A model generated the notes under the pieces. The model was not told where the DNA came from. It made no database searches and saw only the letters and a list, made by a program, of their open reading frames with translations. A stretch of 64,000 nt of DNA from Pirellulales bacterium (lineage in GTDB: Bacteria; Planctomycetota; Planctomycetia; Pirellulales; PALSA-1355): assembly GCA_963733035.1 (NCBI GenBank), contig CAVTBU010000005.1, forward strand, positions 1 to 64,000, in the 5' to 3' direction. Of the stretch, positions 54,815 through 64,000 are shown in pieces. The first letter of the stretch is position 1. Every line of letters starts with the position of its first letter. A program made the position numbers and the translations under genes.

Positions 54815-56359
54815 AACTTGGGCTCCTTGTTTAGCGGCCTAGGAATCACCTTGCGGCTTATCCTACCCGCAGGCCACGAGCCCTCGTTCAGTGGTTATCG
54901 TATCAGGTCAGCTGACCTCGCCCGTTTCCCGCCCAGCGATCCGGGTGATCCGCAGCACCATGACGAGCGTGGCCAAGCCTTTCCAGTCGGCAACGCCGGG
55001 CAGCGACCGAGGAGCGGGCAGCACCGTGTATTCGCGGCGTTCTTGACGGCCGCGGTTGGTTTCCGTCGTCACGTGCCGACACATGCCGGGTGGCCGAACG
55101 CGGGCTTCCAGGGCCGTGGTAAACGCCGCATCCACCGCTTGGTGCAACTTTTCCTGATTGCCCTTGAGCGCCAGCACGTAGTCGCCGCCGCCGGCGACGA
55201 TCTTGGTGGCGATTTCTTTCTGACAGCCCATGGCATCGATGGTGACCGTCGCGCCTTTCAGATCGAGCAGTTCCAACAGCAGCGGAATCGCCGTGATTTC
55301 GTTGGATTTCGAGTCGACGGCAACCTGCCCTAGCGTCAGGCGTGTCTCGCTGGCCCAGGCACTCACCAGGTGCAAGGGATTGCGGCCGGCCGCTTTGTCT
55401 CCGGAGCCGCGCAAGGTTTTGCCGTCGATGGCAATATGCTTGCCGATTTCGCGGCCCAGATCGTCGAGCCACTGCTGAATGCCAGCGACCAACTCGGCAG
55501 GATCGAGCATCGCGAACACGCGGCCAAACGTGTCGTGCGAGGGGATGCCGCCTTCGAGTCGCAGAAACGTTCGCAGCCAGACCAGCCGATCGTTGCCAAA
55601 CCGCTCGATGTCAGCCCAGGTATCGGCCCCCGCAATCGTGCCGCACAGCGCCACAACGACCAACTCGAACAGGTCGTGCACACGCGTCCGCTCGATCCGC
55701 GGATCGGTCAGATCTTCAAACGGAGTAAAAACTGCCACGAGTCGCTGCGACATGAAAAAACCCTCCGTGAGTGACGTTCCTCCGAAGGAATCCTTCAAGG
55801 GCCCTTGACTCTTTCAAGCCGCTACCAATAGTGCAACAGAATTAGATGCGATTGCCGTGGCTCAGTAGCAAATTCCGTTGGGCATTGAGTGCCGTAGTAA
55901 TGTTGCAGTAATTGGTGATCACTCGCAGTCTATCGAACTTTGACACATGACCACGATGCGGACTTTGCGGCGGTTGCGGACGCTTGTGGGCTCGCTTGCC
56001 AATGGATGCCTGCCGCTACGCTTGGAACTGCCACCCGCTGAAGTAGACGGATTACGATTTTGTAAGGAATCGGATAGTCTCTTGAGAGGGTAATCCTTTC
56101 GTGTTAGCGTCGGCACGGCGCCCGACAATCGGCCATTGACTGCCGCGAAAGAAGAGACCGATGGAAAGCTCTAGAAACACCCAGGTTCCAAACGGGTTGG
56201 CTGGCTTCTGTCGTGCGGCGGCATTCCGTGGCACCCCGAAGGGACCGGGTATGCGCTGCGGGCCCGCCACGACGGGATGATTTTTCTGCCGAGGGGTTGA
56301 AACATTTCCCGTCCGGTCTTCTTCCGCTTCGTTCCTATCTAGATGGGGGCTCCGTGACA

Positions 56360-56980
56360 ATGAACGAGGCGTTTCCGCCACGCCCGCGGGAGAATTCCTC
56401 GGACACCCCGGGCGCCGTGGATCAATGGCTTCGAGAAGCTCGCGACGGTTCGCGCACGGCTTTGGGCCGGATTATGGAGGCTAGGCGCAACCACTTGCTA
56501 CTGGTCGCCAACCGTTCCTTGGGTCAAAACCTAAGGTCCAAGATCGGCGCATCGGACCTCGTACAAGATACGTATGTCGAGGCGCAACGCAATTTCGGCC
56601 ATTTCCGCGGAAGTACTGAACAGGAGTTTCATGCTTGGCTTTTGGGCATTTTGGCCAATCGGCTGGCTAATGCCGTGCGCTTCTACCGGCAGACGCAAAA
56701 ACGCGCCGTCGACCGCGAGTTGTCCGTGGCGGCGGTCGATGCGGCACTGAGCATACTGCACGACGGAGCTGCCACACCCGGCACTAGGATGCTGGTCGAC
56801 GACGAGCAACGGCGCGTACGGCTGGCACTGCAATACGTACAGGAACCGTGGCGGTCGGTACTGGTCGAACGGATCTGGCAGGGAGCCACGTTTGCCGAGA
56901 TCGGCGTGCGAAGAAATCGTTCCGCCGAGGCGGCCCGTAAGCTTTGGGTTCGGGGCGTGCGGAAATGCGAGAAGCACTAG
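56360..56980 (+). CDS. ECF sigma factor, planctomycete type (C-terminus probably frameshifted)
   Basis: LRSKIGASDLVQDT, FRGSTEQEFHAWLLGILAN, TFAEIG..RSAEAARKLWVRG. Confidence 0.88.
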   Translation: MNEAFPPRPRENSSDTPGAVDQWLREARDGSRTALGRIMEARRNHLLLVANRSLGQNLRSKIGASDLVQDTYVEAQRNFGHFRGSTEQEFHAWLLGILANRLANAVRFYRQTQKRAVDRELSVAAVDAALSILHDGAATPGTRMLVDDEQRRVRLALQYVQEPWRSVLVERIWQGATFAEIGVRRNRSAEAARKLWVRGVRKCEKH

Positions 56981-57002
56981 CACAGATCGATTGACCGCCA
57001 TC

Positions 57003-60000
57003 ATGGGTGCCGACGATCAAGACCGCAATGAACTGTTGGCCGAGCTCTTGGCGCTTCGAAGAGCGACTGGCTAGCGGTGCGGACCCCGATGACCTGGATG
57101 CGCCGAGCGTCTGCAGCGACCCAAGGCTGGTAGCCGAGTGGGAAGCCGATCGGCAGTGCGTCGAGTTGATGTATCGCGTCCGCCGCACGTGGTCGCCGGA
57201 AGATGCCGAAGGCGATACTCCCCGGCCGGCGGCCGAATCGGTTACTTCGCCAGTCGGAGAATTGGGCAAGACGCTGGGGCGATTTCGCATCTTGCACGAA
57301 CTAGGTCACGGCGGATTGGGCATCGTCTATTTGGCTATCGATCCCAAGTTGCGTCGCCAAGTGGCAGTTAAGATCCCTCGCATCGAATCGCTGGTCAGCG
57401 ACGAGTTGCGGCGACGCTTTTTGCGCGAGGCAGAGGCCGCTGCGCGGCTTTGTCACCCGAACATTGTCGCGGTTCACGAAACCGGCGAAGTAAACTCCCT
57501 TTGTTACATCGCTGCCGAGTTTTGTCCCGGGCCGACGCTGGCTCAGTGGCTTAAGTCGCAGTGCAAGCCAGTCGCGGTCAAGGTGGCCGCTCGCATAGTC
57601 AAACAACTTGCAGAGGCAATGCAGCATGCCCATGGCCGCGGGGTACTCCACCGTGACATCAAGCCGAGCAACGTGCTTTTGAGTAGGCTGAAGGCGGAAC
57701 AGGAGATTCCTGGGAGCCAGGGTGCACAGTTCGCGGGACCAAAAGAGGATGAGTTGATCCGGCCAGATGACTCCGTGGCAGGAATGTGTCCGAAGTTGAC
57801 CGACTTCGGCATGGCAAAGCTGCTGGAGCGGGACGGAGAAGAGACACGTAGCGGCGCGCTGGTCGGCACACCGGCATATATGGCCCCGGAGCAGGCCCAA
57901 GGGTGCGTGCGCAACATTGACGCCCGCGCCGACGTTTACGCGTTGGGCGCGATTCTATACGAGCTGCTCACTGGGCGGCGGGTGTTCGAAACCCAGTCGG
58001 ACATGGAAGCCTTGCGTCATGTCCTGTTCGAAGAACCCGTGGCTCCACGCAAACTGCGAGCGGAGATCCCGCGCAACTTGGAAGCGATCACTCTCAAATG
58101 TCTGGCCAAGCAGCGCGAGGCACGGTATGCCACTGCACAGGAATTGGCCGATGACTTGAACCGATTCTTGGCTGGCCGGGCCACTGAAGCTCGACCGCTG
58201 GGTGCCGTCGAGCGGTCATGGAAATGGGCACGACGTCGCCCCACCATTGCCGCGCTTTGGGCCGTGATTACAACAGCGACCGTCATGCTGTTTGGAACCG
58301 TCATTGGCTACAACTCGCGCCTCAGCGACGAAGTCGTTCGCGACCGAGCCCTGGGAGGCCGCCCAGCGTGAGGCGGAAGCCAGCCGGCGGCTACTCTATA
58401 CGGCCGACGTGCGCTTGGCCTACGAAACGCTGAAGGCAAACAACGTCGTCCAAGCAAGCGAGGTGCTCAAGCGACAGATTCCACGTTCTGGTCAACAAGA
58501 TGTACGTGAGTTCGCCTGGTACTACTTGCATGAGCAGTGTGATCCGCGCACCTTGACACTGCAGGGTCACCGGGGTGACATCTTTTCCATCGCTTTTTCG
58601 CCAGATGGACGAATGCTTGCCACGGCCGGCAAGGACGGCACTGTGCGTCTGTGGCATGCCAAGACAGGCAAGTCGTTGGCAGTGCTGCGAGGCCACACGA
58701 ACGAGGTTACCAGCGTCACATTTTCGCCGGACGGCACGAAGTTGGCCACCGGCAGCGAAGATCGAACAGTACGGTTGTGGGATGCACCCAGCGGAGAGTG
58801 TCGATGCATACTGAAGGGGCATATCGATCACGTCATGACTGTCGCATTCTCGCCAGACGAGCGGATGCTCGCCTCGGGCAGCCGTGACACGAGTGTGCGA
58901 ATTTGGGACTTGGCCACCGGCGAGACGATCGTCGTACTCAACGAAGAGATGGACGTGATTCGGGCCGTAGTATTCTCTCCATTGGGTGAGATGTTGTTCG
59001 CAGCCGATGAGGAAGGAAACGTACATGCTTGGCAATCTGCCGATTGGCGTCATCTAGCCCGGAAGTCCATTCCTTCGGAGAGGCTGTTTGCCTTGTCAGT
59101 ATCTCGCGACGGTGCGCTGGTTGCGGCCGCCGGCAGACGTAGAGAAATCCACACCTGGGCCGTCGAAGGCAATAACCTCGCGGAACTGCCGCTCCGCGCG
59201 GGCGGCCATAGTGACTGGATCCAGGCGCTCGCGTTTTCTCCAGTCGACGAAACGCTTGCCTCAGGTGGCAAAGACGGGGTGGTGCAGCTTTGGGATCAAC
59301 ATAGCACACAGCCACAGCGTCAATTGTTAGGACACACGGAGCGCGTATGGTCTCTGGCTTGGTCACCCGACGGGACGCGTCTGGCCAGCGCAAGTGCCAA
59401 TGGCAAGGCGAGGGTCTGGGAAGTCGCTCAAAGTGGAATCAAGCAATATCGTCCGACAGTGAGTTCACGTGTGCTCAGCGCTGCATTCATGCGTGACGGC
59501 AGTTTACTTTTCACGAGCGCTGAAAACGGGTGCATTCAGGTCTGGAACCCCGTGGCGAGATCGCTGGTCGAGGAGTTCCAGGCACACGATATGCATGTCG
59601 ATGACATCTGTCTCTCGCCTGACGACAGCCTGATTGCGACGCGTGACGCAAAAGGGGCCATTTCGATCTGGTCGCGGGAGACTTTTCGCGAGGTATATTC
59701 GCGACCGGCCACGCATGGTTTCCTTCCACCGATCGCCTGGGCTCCCGCCGGGAGACGCCTGGCAATGACGACCGATGCTAAGACTGTCAGGATCATCGAC
59801 ATCGACTCGGCGGCCATGGCGCACAGGTTTCGACACTCGACGGACGTGAAAGACGTTCTGTTCACGTCCAATGATCGTCAGTTAATTACTGTAAGCCAGA
59901 CCGTAAATGTCTGGGACGTGGAAACCGAGCGGCAAGTATTTACACTGCCTGGGGCACATAACAAGGGTCTGGCTACTTCCACTGATGGAAGATTTCTCGC

Positions 60001-60313
60001 GGCAATTCGTGGCGCCAGCGTCTCTCTCATCGACTTGCAATCTGATTTTCGTACTAGAAAGCTTGTGAGCGCAAGTGGTGAGGTGTTCTGCCTGGCGTTC
60101 TCACCGGATGGAAACACCCTGGCGATCGGCACTACCCAGCCGATAACGGTCAGTCTTTGGGATTCACGCACGGCCCGTTTGCTGATGCAGTTGGAAACCG
60201 ATGCGCCGAACATCTATGGCTTGGCGTTCTCGCCCGACGGCAAACGTCTTGTCTTGACCGGCAGCGACGATCAGAATCGCGGCTGCGTCTGGGAATGGAC
60301 GCTTGACGAATAA
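57003..60313 (+). CDS. Ser/Thr protein kinase with WD40 repeats (frameshifts near 57050 and 58350)
   Basis: LGHGGLGIVY, VAVK, HRDIKPSN, TDFG, GTPAYMAPE; many GH...AFSPDG..LAT.S.D.TVRLWD repeats. Confidence 0.92.
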
Positions 60314-60664
60314 CCGATAGCCGATATCGCTCGGTGCCAGGTCGTCTTCACGTATGAACTTGCCCGCATGGATGTTGTCATTCATTGAACCCGTGACGGA
60401 GCGATTCAACGCTTTGGCGAAACTGAACGTTCCACTCGGTGAGACGATGCATTTGCAACAAATGACTTGCTTGCCCTCATCCGCCATAGATTCCCGAAAC
60501 GTATCCACAGCGCGGCCAATGAATGTACTGTCGCCGATAATTCCCCGTCAGTACATGACGCACGAGATGGCACGACCAACTGGCGTAGGGATTCTCGTCC
60601 GGCGGCATCTCAACCAGTTTGCCCGCTTGGTTCTTTGTGTTGAGTTTTTGAGAGATCCGAAAAC

Positions 60665-61247
60665 TCATTTCCCAGGTAATGCGACTGGGGACAAATTCTC
60701 CAAGACACTTGTTGCAACCTGTTTTGCTAGAGCTTCGTTTCCCTGCCCATTGAAATGAACTCCATCGTCAGAAGTCCACTCGGCATGATCCTTGACCAGT
60801 TCAAAGAGGTCATCGGCTGGGATGTGTTGTTCCGTCATAATCTCAGAGGCGCGTGTGTTTCGCACTTTGACTCGATCTGTTCGTTCAGCGAAGGTTTTCA
60901 AGCCGGTCTTTTCACGCACAGGCGTCGTGGTTGCCCAGATCAACTTGGCATCACCAGCATGTTCCTTCACGGCGACAACAGTCTTCAAGAGATCGTCACG
61001 GTATTGATCTTCTGTGTAGCCCCATCCGTGAAGACCGTTGTTGAGGTGAATCACGGAGAACTTGTACTGCTTCAGCATCAGTTTTAGATCTTCGTTGAAC
61101 GTGGGATCAGAAACACATTTCGATGTGGTCAGCCGGGCACAATAGGCTTTCCCTACGAGATGCTTTTCCACTGCACCGAAGTATCCTCTAGTGATCGAAT
61201 CGCCAACCAGCAAGACTCGTGGAAGGTCAGTCTTGTCAGCGTCCGTG
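60665..61247 (-). pseudogene. SGNH/GDSL hydrolase, 5'-truncated by IS3
   Basis: LLVGDSIT, NNGLH, DGVHF. Confidence 0.85.
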
Positions 61248-62606
61248 TGAGGTGGACCCCAACTGTTGGACAGTTTTGGGGCTTGGATAAGATGTAGGTC
61301 GCCGGGTCTGGCGGCCCGTGAGACCTCTCACGGGTCTCGCGCGGCCGCGACGGCTGACGACGGTTTGGGTTCCGTTTGATTCTCCTCTTTAACCCTGCCT
61401 CAACAGGGATTTGAGCGCCGAACGTTTCGCGCTGTTTTCTGCCCGTACAACTCGGCCGGCGTGCGGTAGCCGAGGGCCTGGTGGATTCGTCGCTGGCAGT
61501 AGAACTCGAAGTAGCGGGCCAGCGATTGCTCCGCCTCCCAACCATCGGCGTAGTCCCGCAGGTACACCTCCTCGTACTTCACGCTCCGCCACAGCCGTTC
61601 GATGAACACGTTGTCGAGCGCCCGACCGCGACCGTCCATCGAGATCGCCACGCCACACTTCTCCAATCGGCCCGTGAAGGCCGCCGCCGTGAACTGGCTT
61701 CCTTGATCGCTGTTGAAAATCTCCGGGCGCTTGGTGGCCAGTGCCTCGTCGAGTGCTTCTAGGCAAAATCTTCCTTCGAGCGTGTTCGACAACCGCCAGG
61801 CCAACACGTAGCGACTGAACCAGTCCATCACCGCCGTCAGATACAAAAAGCCGTGGCGCAACGGAATGTACGTGATGTCGCTGGCCCACACCTGGTCGGG
61901 CCGCGTAATCTCCAGATTCCGCAGCAAATACGGGTAAATCTTGTGTCCGGCGGCCGGGCGCGTGGTGCGTCGCTTGACGCCCACCGCCTCCAAACCCATC
62001 AACCGCATCAGTCGCTGAGCATGCTTGCGATTGATGCCAAGCTCGATCGCCATCTTGCGGCTGCCGTAAAACGGCGTTTGCAAATACTGCTCGTCGATCC
62101 GCTTCATCAGCGCCAGGTTCTCGGCCGTCTCGCCGCTCGGCACGTAATACCGGGTGCTGCGCGGCAGGCCGACCAGCTCGCACTGTCGGGCGATACTCAA
62201 CGGGGCGTGATGGGTGTCGATGCATCTTCGCTTGGCCTCAGGCGAGCTCGGCAGATTTTTTTTTCAACCACTCGACCTCCATCTTCAAGCGGCCGATCTG
62301 CTCGTAAAGTTCCTGCTCGCCCGCCGACTGCTCGTCGCGTCGCGCGCGGCCGTCCTCGAACAGTCCGGCCGCTTGCTCCAAGAGCTGCTTCTTCCAGGCC
62401 GTGACCTGGCTGGTGTGCACGCCGAACTCGCTGGCCAACTGGGCCGTCGTCCTGTCACCTCGGACCGCCGCCAAAGCCACCTTGGCCTTGAACGCCGCCC
62501 CAAACACCCGCCGCTTCCGCGTCATGCTGGCACACTCCTGATTCGGTCGTCTCCGCACCCGGAAACCACACCTTATCAGCGCGCCCAGTTTTTGGGGTCC
62601 ACCTCA
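61248..62606 (-). mobile_element. IS3-family element
   Basis: IRs TGAGGTGGACCCCAA; orfA 62238-62525 ending in an A-run frameshift site; orfB 61400-62200 (WASDITY, NSDQGSQF, DNVFIERLWRS). Confidence 0.95.
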
Positions 62607-62665
62607 GCCCAGGGCTGGATGATGCTGAGAGCTTTGCCTGCGAAACGGTATTGTTGATTTGTCAT
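62607..62665 (-). pseudogene. N-terminal stub of an ASCH-domain gene cut by IS3
   Basis: MTNQQYRFAGKALSIIQPW runs into the IS end. Confidence 0.6.
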
Positions 62666-62742
62666 TCAAGATGCCGATCAGATCGGTTATGTAGTTGCGT
62701 AAGGAAGAAATGAGAACTCATCGAAACGATCCCTGCGATAAC

Positions 62743-64000
62743 CTAATGCGTCATCGCGGCAGTTTCGGCGCCGTTTCCGTTCGCCGCTTCATCCACCTCC
62801 AGCAACTCAGCCGCGTGCAGTTGCTTGGGAGAGACTTCGACGGGAATCAGGTGTTCGATCTGCCCGTCGCTGGATACTGCGCCCAGGTCGACAAACTTGC
62901 GGGCACTGACCAACACGCGTGATTCCAACGTGCCGATGGCACTGTTGTACGAATCGGTCGCCTTTTTCAGGTTCTTGCCGAGGGAGATCATGTGATCCCC
63001 CATCTTCGAGCACCGCTCGTAGAGTTCTTTTCCTAGATTGCTGATTTCCTTCGCGTTTTCTGCCAGTTGCTCCTGCCGCCAGCCGTAAGCAACGGCTCGG
63101 AGTAATGCGATCAACGTGGTTGGCGTGGCGATGATCACGTTCTGATCAACGCCAAACTCGATTAAAGCGGGGTCTTGCATGAGAGCAGCACAGAAAAATG
63201 CTTCCCCAGGCAGGAACAAGACAACGAATTCTGGGCTCGGTTCAAACTGCTCAAAGTATGATTTTCTTCCGAGCATCGTCAGATGAGTCCGAATCTGTTG
63301 GGCGTGCTGCTGAAGCTTTGCCTTCCGCGTTTCCTCGTCAGGGGCTTCTATCGCCTCCAAATAGGCGGACAAGGGCGCCTTGGCATCGACGACGATGTTT
63401 CGTGAACTCGGTAAACGAACGACCATATCGGGGCGAAGTCTGCCGTCTTCGGTGTCCACCGATTCCTGTTCATAAAAATCGCAGTGGTCCACCATTCCCG
63501 CCATCTCCACGACACGGTGGAGTTGGATTTCGCCCCAGCGTCCGCGGACGTTCGGTGTACGGAGTGCCTGTACTAGATTGGCGGTCTCGTTGCGAAGCTG
63601 GGTCTGTCCATCGGTCAAGAATTTGATTTGCTCGGTGAGACCCGAATACGCACCCTGGCGAGCTTTTTCCAGTGCCTGGATTTTTGCATCGACTTTTTCC
63701 AGCGACTCTTTGACGGGTTTCACCAGTCCATCGATGGCTTGTTGCCGCTTGTCCAGGTCACCTTTTGCAGTCTCGTGGTGCTTTTCAAAATTGGACTTTG
63801 CCAGTTCGAGGAAAGACTGGTTGTTCGTCTTCAGGGCGTCAGATGCCAAAGCTTTGAAGGCGTCGCTGAGTTTCTTTTCAGCCTGTTCCAAAAGGGCAAG
63901 TTTCTCCTCGGCTTGCTTCCTTTCCTTCATCAGAGTGGTGTGGTATCCAGTCAACTTTTTGTGAAGTTCACGGACTGCGATATTCTGCTGATGAATCTCG
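62743..64000 (-). CDS. rmuC: DNA recombination protein RmuC (5' end outside the window)
   Basis: [45 protein letters not shown]. Confidence 0.93.
   Translation of the reverse strand, partial: EIHQQNIAVRELHKKLTGYHTTLMKERKQAEEKLALLEQAEKKLSDAFKALASDALKTNNQSFLELAKSNFEKHHETAKGDLDKRQQAIDGLVKPVKESLEKVDAKIQALEKARQGAYSGLTEQIKFLTDGQTQLRNETANLVQALRTPNVRGRWGEIQLHRVVEMAGMVDHCDFYEQESVDTEDGRLRPDMVVRLPSSRNIVVDAKAPLSAYLEAIEAPDEETRKAKLQQHAQQIRTHLTMLGRKSYFEQFEPSPEFVVLFLPGEAFFCAALMQDPALIEFGVDQNVIIATPTTLIALLRAVAYGWRQEQLAENAKEISNLGKELYERCSKMGDHMISLGKNLKKATDSYNSAIGTLESRVLVSARKFVDLGAVSSDGQIEHLIPVEVSPKQLHAAELLEVDEAANGNGAETAAMTH

Larger units (their letters stand above)
53498..54905 (-). mobile_element. IS110-family (IS1111-type) element 2
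   Basis: Sub-terminal IRs ATAACCAC (53503) and GTGGTTAT (54891); TG core at both ends; circle junction forms TTGACA-16-TACGAT. Confidence 0.88.
52210..54910 (-). mobile_element. IS3-family element whose left IR is split by an IS110
   Basis: TG...CA ends, 4-bp TSD GCTG (52206-52209 and 54911-54914); orfA about 53146-53433; frameshifted orfB (WCWDF, SDNGPEF, PGSPWENGYAESF). Confidence 0.9.
51900..55859 (-). mobile_element. ISAs1-family element interrupted by IS3 and IS110
   Basis: 16-bp IR CACGGCAATCGCATCT; 9-bp TSD GCTCAGTAG; transposase halves 54911-55753 (PSHDTF, IAIDGK, KSNEI, TIDAMGCQ) and 51915-52209 (HWSIES.LHWVLDVTFSED). Confidence 0.93.

Noticed and set aside
56360..60313. ECF sigma plus kinase-WD40 pair as a novel system
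   Set aside because: A common, already described arrangement in planctomycetes.

Overview
Most of the window (about 2.7-64 kb) is an accessory region that looks planctomycete (PEP-CTERM protein, planctomycete-type ECF sigma plus kinase-WD40 pair, GYF_2 protein). It is joined abruptly to about 2.7 kb of more GC-rich DNA with small actinobacterial-style genes. Many genes carry 1-bp frameshifts, probably uncorrected long-read errors. Island 1 (about 2.8-33.76 kb, ending in a tRNA 3' remnant) has a divergent tyrosine integrase and defence cargo: an Hhe-type DUF4011 helicase-nuclease, YhaO/YhaN, a DEDDh-BRCT exonuclease, a candidate toxin-antitoxin pair, and a type II Bil-like ubiquitination operon (Ubl, E2, JAB, E1). 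Island 2 has an integrase, orphan RuvB, ArdC, HEPN, Mrr, truncated HsdM and an AbaSI-like nuclease. It is followed by nested IS3, IS66, ISAs1 and IS110 elements, an ECF/kinase pair and rmuC. Top findings: (1) the Bil operon is preceded by a sigma-like gene, an anti-sigma/XRE-like gene and an IrrE-peptidase/UvrD/Fe-S fusion, and the same 32-bp bipartite motif lies upstream of both the sigma gene and bilA, suggesting a proteolysis-triggered sigma switch; (2) an IS66 carries a headless polymorphic-toxin tip, open from the first base of its terminal repeat, plus an immunity-like gene; (3) two IS1111-type elements have non-coding ends that visibly match their own insertion targets, one being an IS3 terminal repeat.
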